From the NCBI GenBank assembly GCA_963665235.2, contig CAXXLX010000002.1:640001-704000 (forward strand): 64,000 bases of DNA. Direction: 5' to 3'. Positions 39,350 through 48,762 of the stretch are shown here, in pieces; the stretch's first letter is position 1, and each line of letters begins with the position of its first letter. The notes beneath the pieces were generated by a model that did no database searches, was not told the DNA's origin, and worked only from the letters and a program-made list of their open reading frames with translations. Source of the DNA: Candidatus Poribacteria bacterium. GTDB lineage: Bacteria > Poribacteria > WGA-4E > WGA-3G. The position numbers were made by a program, and so were the translations under genes.

Positions 39350-39844
39350 TTAAATTTTACCTTGAAGTCGGAGCACTTTGTGGGAACGAGCGTGACAAAT
39401 TGCGAGGGCAAGCGCATCCGCTGCATGGTCAGGTTTTGGTAGCTCTTTCAGTTTCAGTAAAACCTGCACCATTTTTTGTATCTGCTGTTTTGTGGCTTTT
39501 CCGTAACCGACAACGGCTTGCTTGATTTGAGATGGCGTGTACGTTACAACGCGTAAATCTTTATATGCTGCTGCCAGTTTAACAATGCCTTTGACTTCGC
39601 CTACCACGAACGCACTGCTTACGTTTCTGTTGAAGAAAATGTCCTCTAAAACAATTATGTCAATATTGAACTCTGTAATCACTTCTGTTATGCTATCGTA
39701 AATCTGTTGTAAGCGTTTTTCTGGCGCGGTTTTCGGACTCGTTCGGATATTTCCGAAGTGAAGCGGCTCCACGCGGTTCGCGCTCGCTTTAACAACGCCG
39801 TATCCCGTATTTGCAATACCGGGGTCAATCCCAAGGATAATCAT
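39350..39844 (-). CDS. ruvC: crossover junction endodeoxyribonuclease RuvC
   Basis: ILGIDPG, GYGKATKQQI, DHAADALALAICH. Confidence 0.96.
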   Translation of the reverse strand: MIILGIDPGIANTGYGVVKASANRVEPLHFGNIRTSPKTAPEKRLQQIYDSITEVITEFNIDIIVLEDIFFNRNVSSAFVVGEVKGIVKLAAAYKDLRVVTYTPSQIKQAVVGYGKATKQQIQKMVQVLLKLKELPKPDHAADALALAICHARSHKVLRLQGKI

Positions 39845-39856
39845 TTTTTTTCTCTA

Positions 39857-40603
39857 CTAGGCGGCTGCCTCCAGGAGGTCGTCTGGGATGTCAAAGTTGG
39901 CGTAAACTTTCTGTACGTCATCTAGTTCATCCAATGCTGCCATAAGTTTCAGCATGCGTTCCGCCTCTTTCCCATCTAATTTTACCGTATTCTGCGGAAT
40001 CATGCTGATTTCAGCGAGTTGGATTTCGGCTTCTGTCTCCTGAATGGCGGTCACGACGGTGTCAAACTGTTCGAACGGGGTGATGATTTCAATAGCGGTT
40101 TCTAGCGGTGTCAGCTCCTCCGCTCCTGCATCCGCTGCGACCATGAACAGTTCATCTTCATCTATGCTGTTCGCTTCAACAACGATAAGCCCACACTTGT
40201 CAAAACCCCAAGAGACGCAACCGCGCTCCCCAATTCTGCCGTTGTATTTGCTGAGGGTGTGCCGGACTGCTGCCACTGCCCGATTACGGTTGTCCGTTAT
40301 CACCTCTATTATTAAAGCGACACCGCCCGGTCCGTAACCTTCATAGACCAGCTCTTCGTAGTCTTCGCCCTCCAAGTCCCCAGTACCCCGAAGGATTGCC
40401 TTTTCAATATTATCATTCGGGACGTTGCTTGACTTAGCAGTCGCAATAGCGGTGCGGAGCCGTGGGTTTGCGTCAACGTCACCCCCACCGAGACGCGCCG
40501 CAGCGGTAATCTCTTTTATCAATTTTGAGAAGAGTTTACCGCGCCTGGAATCGTTAGCTGCTTTCTTGTGTTTAATTGTTGACCATTTGGAATGTCCTGA
40601 CAT
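39857..40603 (-). CDS. yebC: YebC/PmpR family protein
   Basis: [37 protein letters not shown]. Confidence 0.95.
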   Translation of the reverse strand: MSGHSKWSTIKHKKAANDSRRGKLFSKLIKEITAAARLGGGDVDANPRLRTAIATAKSSNVPNDNIEKAILRGTGDLEGEDYEELVYEGYGPGGVALIIEVITDNRNRAVAAVRHTLSKYNGRIGERGCVSWGFDKCGLIVVEANSIDEDELFMVAADAGAEELTPLETAIEIITPFEQFDTVVTAIQETEAEIQLAEISMIPQNTVKLDGKEAERMLKLMAALDELDDVQKVYANFDIPDDLLEAAA

Positions 40604-40676
40604 AATCTCCGTCCTTTCTGAATTTTCTGTGTTCACAAAAATGTTGAAAATAGAGTTGTCTAGCTTTTAGATAGTA

Positions 40677-40820
40677 TAACCCAAGTTGCTACTTATAAGT
40701 TTTTAGACCCGGAAACACCGTCGTTAATGAAAATATGCTGATAATTAGGCACTATTTGTAGCGTCCACTTTTAGTTTGCACAATCTGGAAGATTATGCTA
40801 CTATGTGGCAACTTAGGTTA
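40677..40820. mobile_element. MITE family E with REP-like units
   Basis: TIR taacccaagttgctac/gtggcaacttaggtta; TAGTATA at both junctions; internal gcacaatctggaagattatgctac. Confidence 0.7.
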
Positions 40821-40984
40821 GTATAGCACAAAGTGAAAAAAGAGGGTGTGTAAATAGCTTGCCCATGGGGTCTCAATTTAGCATTTAGCTTCCCACTGTT
40901 TGTAGGCTCCCACCAACGTTTGTAGGTGTGCTTTGATGTGAATGCCCCACGCGTTTACAAAGCACACTTACATGGAGACACACG

Positions 40985-41824
40985 TTACCACTTTATATCC
41001 TCGAGGGATTGTGCCTCTAATGCCTGTGTGAATATAGCATCGAGGCGTTTTAGGCTGCGCATTCTCCCAATCTTGCGGGTAATTTCATCCGGCACATCGT
41101 CAAAACGCGCGTGTAGGGTTTTCAGGGTATCCTCACGTTTCGCACGAACCACACCGATTTCTATACCGCGTTGTTCACCGATTTCTATACCGCGTTGTTC
41201 ACCGCGTTGTTCACCGGCTTTCATACCATCCTCAAAAAGGGATTGGGCGATTGTTTGCACCTTTGATTCCTCCTTCGCTCTAAGCGATTTATCCTCTATC
41301 AAATCGTGAATCACATGAACTAAACCTTCACGCTCTTCACGCGGCCTACGACCAAAAATCAACATATACAGATACGACAAAACTTTGTCACGCTGGTTTT
41401 CTTCATCAGGACCAAGCGATAGCAGACGCTCAACCGCTGAAACTATTGCCGAACGCAACGCCGCCTCACTCTCATGTTCCTGTTGTAATACCGTCAAACC
41501 CCAACCCAACGGATGATCCGGACCTGTCAACGTCTCCGCAGACGTGTGCTTCACATCTAACAACAGAAAACGACAGTCCGGAACATATACGTCAAAAGGA
41601 CCACGCGGCGTTGACAACTCGCGCAACGACAACGGAACTGACCATCTCCGGTCCCCTGTGTAAAACACTATACCAATCACAGTTGGCAAACGCCACTCAC
41701 TCAGAGGAAGCGACTTCGATTTATGCTCACTGAGATTCCTATCCCATATCTGCGACATATAAGAATGTAAACGATACGCCATTATCGAGTCAACTTCCAA
41801 AGTACTGATTATTTTATTGTTCAT
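40985..41824 (-). CDS. Rpn/YhgA-like (recombination-promoting nuclease family) protein, N-terminally truncated
   Basis: MAYRLHSYMSQIW, LPTVIGIVFYTGDRRW, TIAQSL, (GEQR/GIEI)n, ARF..VP. Confidence 0.8.
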   Translation of the reverse strand: MNNKIISTLEVDSIMAYRLHSYMSQIWDRNLSEHKSKSLPLSEWRLPTVIGIVFYTGDRRWSVPLSLRELSTPRGPFDVYVPDCRFLLLDVKHTSAETLTGPDHPLGWGLTVLQQEHESEAALRSAIVSAVERLLSLGPDEENQRDKVLSYLYMLIFGRRPREEREGLVHVIHDLIEDKSLRAKEESKVQTIAQSLFEDGMKAGEQRGEQRGIEIGEQRGIEIGVVRAKREDTLKTLHARFDDVPDEITRKIGRMRSLKRLDAIFTQALEAQSLEDIKW

Positions 41825-41999
41825 AAATTCCCTCCTTCTCTAATGAAGGGATATTCATAACTAACCAATTATAGAATAACATACTTCACAGAAAATGTCA
41901 AATGAATTCACGTCGAGATTTTTTACAAGATTGGAAAAAAGCCGAAAAATGTGCTAAAATATTTATATTCACGCTGCGAAGGAGGCTAAACACGCTGCC

Positions 42000-42776
42000 A
42001 TGTTACCTTTTATTCTCAAAACTGTTGGGACACCGGTTCAACGGTTTCACCTTCCTCAGAACGAAAATCACGTCATTGACGTGGAAGTTAGAAATGAATT
42101 TTACACAAGCGATTACAAGGTGCCGTCCCATACCCGGGCAATTTGGCTGCGGAACTTTGTGATGTGGGAGAAGGCAGAGCAGACCGCATATAAAGCCTTT
42201 ACAACGTTTCTCCACCAAGTGTCTGAACCCACCCCGTTTCTCCCTATTGAACGGTTGGAACGGTATCCGTATCGTCGATATGCGTTGCTGCTCTCGGTTG
42301 CCTATTTGTACGAACTGACAGAGGGAACCCTAGATGCACATCGGATAAGAACAGGCCGCTTTGTGCTTGAATATGCCGGATATGAGCTCACTATCCATGC
42401 TAACCGTCATGTATCCGAGGGCTCCGCTTATTTGGTCTCTCCAGCAAAATACGCGCTCTTTGTACGCCGGATGAACGAGGATGGGACGACAACCGCTCGA
42501 TTCTACCGGAGCGAATTTATTAATCTAAACGATAATCTCCTCCCGCCTCTCCATCTAGATGCTGAAGAGGTTATTGCGGCCATCCAGCAGGATATTGCTA
42601 CGCAGGAGAGCGCAATACCCATCGGCCAGCTCCTCCTGTTACCCCCTTCACTTAAGACAGAGACAGATGGAGGACTTACCGAATGCCCGATGTGCAAAGG
42701 CAACGTGAGAAGCATCGGTGAGAATTATTTCTGCTTGCAATGTGATTGGGACAATCTGCCGCCTCTGTTTCCCTAA
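42000..42776 (+). CDS. hypothetical protein with C-terminal zinc ribbon
   Basis: AGGAGG upstream; CPMC...CLQC at the C-terminus. Confidence 0.7.
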   Translation: MLPFILKTVGTPVQRFHLPQNENHVIDVEVRNEFYTSDYKVPSHTRAIWLRNFVMWEKAEQTAYKAFTTFLHQVSEPTPFLPIERLERYPYRRYALLLSVAYLYELTEGTLDAHRIRTGRFVLEYAGYELTIHANRHVSEGSAYLVSPAKYALFVRRMNEDGTTTARFYRSEFINLNDNLLPPLHLDAEEVIAAIQQDIATQESAIPIGQLLLLPPSLKTETDGGLTECPMCKGNVRSIGENYFCLQCDWDNLPPLFP

Positions 42777-43378
42777 ATCGGTGCGAAATGGAAGACTACC
42801 GCCGTATTTGCAGCCGCCAGCAGCGTGCCGACAACGGTTTGGAGAAGTGTATGCCGCTTTCGATAAACCCGCGCCCAGGCAATCAACGGAATCAGCAGAA
42901 AAAGCCACCCCAACTGACTATCGACAAGAAAACCTAAAACCATTATACAGCCTGTCGTGACGCTTGTGTGAAAACTTATTTTCCATAAAGGTGTAATGGC
43001 AGTGAATACAACTGTGTTCACAATATAGGCGATGCATGCCCAAACGATTTCCCGGCTTGCACCAATCTGATGAAGCAGCACCGTCCCCAGAATCAGGCTC
43101 ACAAGCGTGAAGCAGAGAGGAAGTAGCCTATCTTCTTTGGTGTGAAGATGCCAATCGTTTACCTGTGAAAACCGAGACAGCCACAGTATTCCTAGTATCG
43201 GCAGCACCGTTACAAATGCTATCACAACTGCCAACCAGAGTGCCGTTTCCTGATTCGTTTCCGCATGCGCCCGGATAACAAACACAGCGGTCACAATCGG
43301 AACCAAAAACGGACTAAAAATAATAGATGTACCCAACGCAACCCGGGCGGGAAGTGTTGAGAAGGTCCTATGCGTCAT
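42773..43378 (-). CDS. PAP2-like membrane protein
   Basis: Multiple TM helices, WKISFH, WARVYRKRHT...G. Confidence 0.75.
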   Translation of the reverse strand: MTHRTFSTLPARVALGTSIIFSPFLVPIVTAVFVIRAHAETNQETALWLAVVIAFVTVLPILGILWLSRFSQVNDWHLHTKEDRLLPLCFTLVSLILGTVLLHQIGASREIVWACIAYIVNTVVFTAITPLWKISFHTSVTTGCIMVLGFLVDSQLGWLFLLIPLIAWARVYRKRHTLLQTVVGTLLAAANTAVVFHFAPI

Positions 43379-43381
43379 TAA

Positions 43382-44410
43382 TTATTTCGGCGGTTCCAAG
43401 GTTCGGAAGAAATCCACTAAATCCGCCCCGTGGGTGCTGGCATTGACGTTTTTGTCAATCTTCACAATCTTTCCCGTGTTATCAATAATAACGGTGTGCC
43501 GTTTGATTCGACCGTCAGGTTTATCCACAGCCCCGAAAAGCAGGGCGAGGTTCCGTCCGGTGTCAACTAAAAGTGGAAAGTTCAGGCTGTTTTCTTCTGA
43601 AAATTTCTGATGCGACTTTGCATCGTTCGAGGTAATCCCAAAAATTTGAACATCGTGTGCGACAAAATGGCTCGACTCATCCCGGAGTGAGCAAACTTGT
43701 GCCGTTCAGCCGCGTCCAAAATCTCGCGGATAAAATACTAGAGCAACCCTCTTTTTTTCAGGGTTCTTCTCCGCATGGAACTTGCTCAGTTGGTGCGTTT
43801 TTCCGTCGCCATCGATTGCAATAAAATCGGGAGCTGGCTCGCCAACCGCTATCTTCGGAAGCACTTTCTTAAGCATCCGGACGACATCTTCGCCATGTGT
43901 CTTGGTGTTCACTTTTTTATCAATTGCACGGATGTATCCCGCTTTATCAATAATGAAGGTGACCCGTTTTGACGCGTTGAACCGTTCTATAATACCGCTG
44001 TACCGTTTGCTGACCTCAAATTCAGTGTCCGCTAACAGGGAAAAGCCGAACTTATGTTCTGCCCTAAACCGTTTATGTGAATCGACGCTGTCTACGCTTA
44101 CACCGAGTAGCACGGTTCCCGTTTCTTCTATCTCGCTCAATTTTTCCCGGAGCGAGTTGAGTTCAGCTGTTCAGCCACCGGTAAAATCTTTCGGATAAAA
44201 GGCAAGAACGACGTTTTTCTTCCCTAAGAATTCGGTGAGACTCCGTTCTGTGGCGGTCTCATCCTTTAGTTTAAAATCGGGGGCAACCATCCCCACTGTG
44301 AGTTCCTTTACTTTTTCCACATCCTTATTCTCCGCTAACGCTATCGGCACGAAAAGTACTGATATTAACAGCACGATGCCAACACCTTGAATAGATACGT
44401 TTTGAAACAT
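43382..44410 (-). CDS. exported tandem two-domain peroxiredoxin (BCP/PrxQ type) with two selenocysteines (U80, U235)
   Basis: Single frame of 343 codons with in-frame TGA at 44171-44173 (FYPKDFTGG-U-TAELN) and 43706-43708 (FYPRDFGRG-U-TAQVC); Prx similarity continues after each; ends at TAA 43382. Confidence 0.88.
43670..43692 (-). promoter_or_regulatory. candidate bacterial SECIS 2
   Basis: GCTC-ACTC-CGGGAT-GAGT-C-GAGC; loop begins 21 nt after the UGA. Confidence 0.65.
44132..44156 (-). promoter_or_regulatory. candidate bacterial SECIS 1
   Basis: CTCGCTC-CGGGAAAAATT-GAGCGAG; loop begins 21 nt after the UGA. Confidence 0.65.
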
Positions 44411-44522
44411 GTTTCAATTCCTCAAAAAGATAGATTAAATTATGTTGCACGGCACTCTGGGTGTCGTGTCCGGTGGATTATACCGATTTTCCATTACCAT
44501 GTCAATGAAATTTTGAAGAGTG

Positions 44523-45386
44523 CTAAGTAGAGATGACACCGTTCTCTGTGAGCCATACCTTCAAAGGCACATCCGCATCTTTCGGTGAGAAGTGCCCATT
44601 AGCATTCGTTCCGCCACCAAGGAGCTGTTGCCGTATTGGGTCATTCTGTGCAAAGAGCTCCGGTGGAATTGTCATATCGTCTTTGCTTCGCAGCCAGCGG
44701 TAACCGTATCCATAGAACAACCCTTTCCGCGTAATGTCCGAATCGTTTTCGCTGCGGGCATGCCAGAGGCGACGGTCGAAAAAGACCGCATCGCCAGGCT
44801 TACAACAGACCGGTATTGCACCTTCAGGCATTGACCCATCTTTCGGCCGTTCAAGTGTATCCGACAAATGGCTCCCCGGGATGATATAAAAGTTGCCTCT
44901 GCCCGGTTCGGAACAATTGGAGAGCCAATACACCACTTTAATCGAGAGCCGGGGACGTGGTGAACTCTCTATCTCAATGTTGACACGTCCGCTATCTTGA
45001 TGCCATCCAAGCGGTGCCGTTTTGCCGCGTTCCGACTCTGGACGTGGCGGGGTGATAATCAGATGACTATGGTAAGAGTAGATATTCCACCCTAGAATGC
45101 CCCACACCTTCGGAAACGTCTTATACCAATCCAGCACATTGATGAAAACCTGATCTTTTCCCAGAAAATTCGGATAGAAAAAATTGTGGGTTGAGGTCAG
45201 TCGTCTTTTCGTGTACGGGTCGTACTCGGCATCTAGGTGAACTTGATAGATAGCGTCTACTCGCGCTTCCAATTCGGCAACGAGGTCTAACGGCAGTGCA
45301 TTTTCTATCGTGAAATATCCATCAGCGTTTAGCGCGTGTAGTTGCTCGTCACTAATCTGATGTTGGAGATGGCGTTCGTCAAGCAT
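44523..45386 (-). CDS. phytanoyl-CoA dioxygenase (PhyH) family protein
   Basis: DGYF.IENAL, WHQD, IPGSH, PGDAVFFD.RLWH. Confidence 0.92.
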   Translation of the reverse strand: MLDERHLQHQISDEQLHALNADGYFTIENALPLDLVAELEARVDAIYQVHLDAEYDPYTKRRLTSTHNFFYPNFLGKDQVFINVLDWYKTFPKVWGILGWNIYSYHSHLIITPPRPESERGKTAPLGWHQDSGRVNIEIESSPRPRLSIKVVYWLSNCSEPGRGNFYIIPGSHLSDTLERPKDGSMPEGAIPVCCKPGDAVFFDRRLWHARSENDSDITRKGLFYGYGYRWLRSKDDMTIPPELFAQNDPIRQQLLGGGTNANGHFSPKDADVPLKVWLTENGVIST

Positions 45387-45407
45387 CTGTTTCGTCTCCT
45401 CATTTCA

Positions 45408-46358
45408 CTAGGGTAAAGGGCCCTCAATCTGGTCGACGAGGCGGATGGAATGAATTACATCGCGGAGGTCGGTAAGCGGTACTTTCCGGTTTTGAACGCA
45501 ATCAACGAAATGCCGATGCATCGTAAGAACGCCCTCATAACTTGGCGAATCGCGCTGGTCAACGCCATCGACCTCCCAACCGCCCATCACATGCCTATTG
45601 TTATTCTCGTAAATTTCAATTTCTTCCGGTATCTTCATATAACATCCGATGCCGACACCGTGCAACTCGGAGCGCAGCACCCGGCCTCCTGATGCTCTAT
45701 TCCCGAACACTACACCTGTTGCATTGTTATCAAAACGGACAAAAGCGGTATAGAAATTTCGTTGTTCTGCACCGAACTTATCCCGATGTGCTGTGACTTC
45801 AACCGGTTCACCGCCTGCCATATAGCGCAGCAGGTCAACCACGTGGCACACATCATTCCAAAGCGTTGTGGTAAATTCGCGATTGTTGCCGAGTATCTGT
45901 TTGTTGAAAGTGGTAACCGCTAACGAAACCGGTCCTTTTTCTGTAACGCGCCGCATCGCCTCGCGTGTGACAGCAGCATATCTCCGTTGAAACCCTACCA
46001 TACAGTAGACATCGTTGGCTACCGCTGCCTCTAGCAATTGTTGGGTTTCATCGCTCGTCGCGCCCGGTGGTTTTTCAATAAACAGATGTTTTCCTGCGTT
46101 TAGACAATCCAAGGCGGGTTGTAAAATCCACTTCTCATTCATGACACAATAAACTACGTCCAAATCCAACGTATCTAACATCTTACGGTGGTCTGTGAAC
46201 GTATGCGGAAACTCATATTTCTGTGCGACCTGTGCGAGTTTTCCATCGTCTAATTCACATGCACCGAACATCTCAACATCATCTTCTAGGCGGTTGACGC
46301 TGGGATAATGTGCCCCTTGACTACGTCCACCTGCTCCGATAAAACCTGCTTTAAGCAT
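45408..46358 (-). CDS. Gfo/Idh/MocA family oxidoreductase
   Basis: GFIGAGG, AGKHLFIEKP, VGFQRRY, DVCHVVD; GAGGAGG before ATG 46358. Confidence 0.92.
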   Translation of the reverse strand: MLKAGFIGAGGRSQGAHYPSVNRLEDDVEMFGACELDDGKLAQVAQKYEFPHTFTDHRKMLDTLDLDVVYCVMNEKWILQPALDCLNAGKHLFIEKPPGATSDETQQLLEAAVANDVYCMVGFQRRYAAVTREAMRRVTEKGPVSLAVTTFNKQILGNNREFTTTLWNDVCHVVDLLRYMAGGEPVEVTAHRDKFGAEQRNFYTAFVRFDNNATGVVFGNRASGGRVLRSELHGVGIGCYMKIPEEIEIYENNNRHVMGGWEVDGVDQRDSPSYEGVLTMHRHFVDCVQNRKVPLTDLRDVIHSIRLVDQIEGPLP

Positions 46359-46787
46359 TGGAAATGTCCTCCTCAAATTTCGTATTTACCTATTTGGCGA
46401 TTAGCAATTGGCAATTGGCAATTAGCAAGAGGTTTGTGCTTCTAAGAACATATCTGAAGCGCGTCAGAGACCTCTTTCTCTGGTTTCCAATAGTCAACAG
46501 CCCTTGTCGGATTTTAATCCACTCAAGCTGACATACAAGGACAGCTAGACAGCAAATTGCGTTAAAATAGACAAGTTTAGTATAACACAAGTTGGCGATT
46601 AGCAATTAGCAAGAGGTTATGATTCTAAGCAATTTTCTGTTGCGCGTCAGTGTCCTCTTTCTCTTGCCATAAGCCAATAGCCAATAGCCATTTTAGTATA
46701 ACACAATTTGACAAAACATGGCAAACTTTTTTTGCCGACCGGCCTATGGGGGTGTGTAAAGTTTTGTACAAAACCGGTGTAAATGTT

Positions 46788-46950
46788 ACGACTTGTGCTA
46801 GTTAACGCATTGTTTTTGTTGTTTTCACAGATATTTGACATTCATATAAAGATATCGTCCCTATGGGACTAAGAGGCCGGGGCGGAAACGACTTTCTATA
46901 AAGATATCGTCCTTGAGGAGCGGGCTTGTCGCCCGAATACTGGGACTAAA
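46788..46950. mobile_element. MITE family B partial copy
   Basis: Diverged reverse complement of about 20190-20351. Confidence 0.6.
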
Positions 46951-46961
46951 TGGTCTGCAAT

Positions 46962-46990
46962 TTGACTTTTTCAACGTTTTGTGGTATCTT
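46962..46990 (+). promoter_or_regulatory. sigma70-type promoter
   Basis: TTGACT-N17-TATCTT with TG extension. Confidence 0.6.
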
Positions 46991-47032
46991 AACAAAGACG
47001 TTAACCTATACACTTTACGCAAGGAATTATTT

Positions 47033-48745
47033 TTGGACAACAAACTTAAAATCGCAATAAGCATCCTGATCTTTTTCGGGGTGTGTCTTATCCTGATATG
47101 GCAATCTACTCACATTACCGCTGCTAATGCTGACCTAGTGTGGTACAGCGTCATTCCGCCGTTGCTCGCTATAACCCTGGCAGTGGCGACCTCCCGCTTG
47201 TTTCTGAGCCTCGGTGTGGCGGTCGGTGCTGGATTTCTGATCGCGTGGGGTTGGCAAAATTGGACATTTGAGGCGTTTACCTCGGAATTTGTCTGGTTTG
47301 TACGCGAGGTGAGCGTTGGCAACGATGGAATTGACCTTTTCAACGTCTGGGTTATCCTATTTGTCCTTTTCATGATGTCCACGATTTCGGTAGTGGTAGC
47401 GTCCGGTGGGATTGCCAGTGCGGTGTCGCTATTATCGCATCTGGCAAGGGGGCCGCGTTCCAGTCAATTCGTCACTGCGCTGATGGGCACATTAATCTTC
47501 GTTGGTGATTATAGCAACGCGATGCTTGTCGGGCCAACAATGCGGCCGATTACCGATCAGAACAACGTCAGTCGGGAAAAGTTAGCCTATATTGTGGATT
47601 CTACGAGTGCCCCGATTGCTGGACTTGCATTTGTTAGCACGTGGATTGGTTATGAGGTCGGGTTGTTCGACGGGATTTCGAAGACGCTGGGGCTGGGCAC
47701 GGATGGCTATGAAATGTTTTTTGATGCCTTGGCGTTCCGGTTCTACTGCATTTTGACGATTATTTTTGTGATAATCAATGCTATCAGTGGACGAGATTAC
47801 GGGGCGATGCGTACGGCACAAAAGCGTGCACGAGAAACAGGACAGGTTGCCGCCCCCGATGCGAAGGTGATGGAGAATATCACTGCGGACAACGATACCG
47901 AAAAAACGAAGGGTCAAATCTTTTCAGCCCTCATTCCGCTTGCCCTCCTTTTTGGCCTCATCCTTGGCGGGTTATGGGTAGATGGAAATAGGGCAGGTGG
48001 GTCCATTTTCGCCTTATCAACATGGCAAGTTGTGTTTTCGAAACCGATCTTCTCATTAAATGCATGGCGGGATGCGCTTTCAAACGCGAACAATGTTATG
48101 GTGCTTGCCGCTGCATCGACAACAGCATTTATCGCCGCAATTATCTGCGGAAAGTTGTTCTCAAAAATGCCGTTTAGCGACATCGGTAAAGCCGTTTGGA
48201 AAGGGCTCTCCGGAACGTTGATGCCGATAGGTATTATCCTCTGTGCATGGGGTTTAAAAGCGAGTTGTGATAAACTGATGACAGGGCAGTTCATCGCGGC
48301 GATGCTAAGCGATGTTGTCTCCCCGCTGTGGTTTCCTGCCCTTGTTTTCTTTATCGCTTCGCTGATTTCCTTCTCGACCGGCACCAGCTGGGGCACGATG
48401 GGTATTCTGATACCCACCGCGATTCCGGTCGCTTTCGCTCTTGACAATGGCAGCTACGGCATTACCACAATCATCTGCCTCGGCGCGGTGCTTGATGGCG
48501 CGATTTTTGGCGACCACTGTTCACCGATTTCGGATACAACTATCCTCAGTGCAATTGTTAGTAGTTGCGACCCGATGCATCACGTGAGAACACAATTGCC
48601 TTATGCCCTCACGGTTGCATGTATCGCCTTAATGTGCGGTTATCTTCCCGCTGCACTTGGATTACCTTCCTGGATTGGTATCACTATCGGCGTAGGTATA
48701 ATTGGGTTACTGTTTTATGTGCTCTATCGGCTGCGGCCGGATTAG
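47033..48745 (+). CDS. Na+/H+ antiporter NhaC family transporter
   Basis: SREKLAYIVDSTSAP, STGTSWGTMGI, GAIFGDHCSPISDTT; TTG start after AAGGA. Confidence 0.9.
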   Translation: MDNKLKIAISILIFFGVCLILIWQSTHITAANADLVWYSVIPPLLAITLAVATSRLFLSLGVAVGAGFLIAWGWQNWTFEAFTSEFVWFVREVSVGNDGIDLFNVWVILFVLFMMSTISVVVASGGIASAVSLLSHLARGPRSSQFVTALMGTLIFVGDYSNAMLVGPTMRPITDQNNVSREKLAYIVDSTSAPIAGLAFVSTWIGYEVGLFDGISKTLGLGTDGYEMFFDALAFRFYCILTIIFVIINAISGRDYGAMRTAQKRARETGQVAAPDAKVMENITADNDTEKTKGQIFSALIPLALLFGLILGGLWVDGNRAGGSIFALSTWQVVFSKPIFSLNAWRDALSNANNVMVLAAASTTAFIAAIICGKLFSKMPFSDIGKAVWKGLSGTLMPIGIILCAWGLKASCDKLMTGQFIAAMLSDVVSPLWFPALVFFIASLISFSTGTSWGTMGILIPTAIPVAFALDNGSYGITTIICLGAVLDGAIFGDHCSPISDTTILSAIVSSCDPMHHVRTQLPYALTVACIALMCGYLPAALGLPSWIGITIGVGIIGLLFYVLYRLRPD

Positions 48746-48762
48746 GTATTGGGGAGGTAGAA

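Noticed and set aside
43706-44173. TGA read as Trp or Gly (alternative genetic code), or as pseudogene stops
   Set aside because: TGA terminates other genes normally (gspJ, ecfA, ecfT, ruvB), and both TGAs fall exactly on the catalytic Cys position
46390-47064. Short ORFs and the 46913 upstream extension of the nhaC-like gene
   Set aside because: They run through heptamer repeats and MITE B; the promoter and RBS point to TTG 47033
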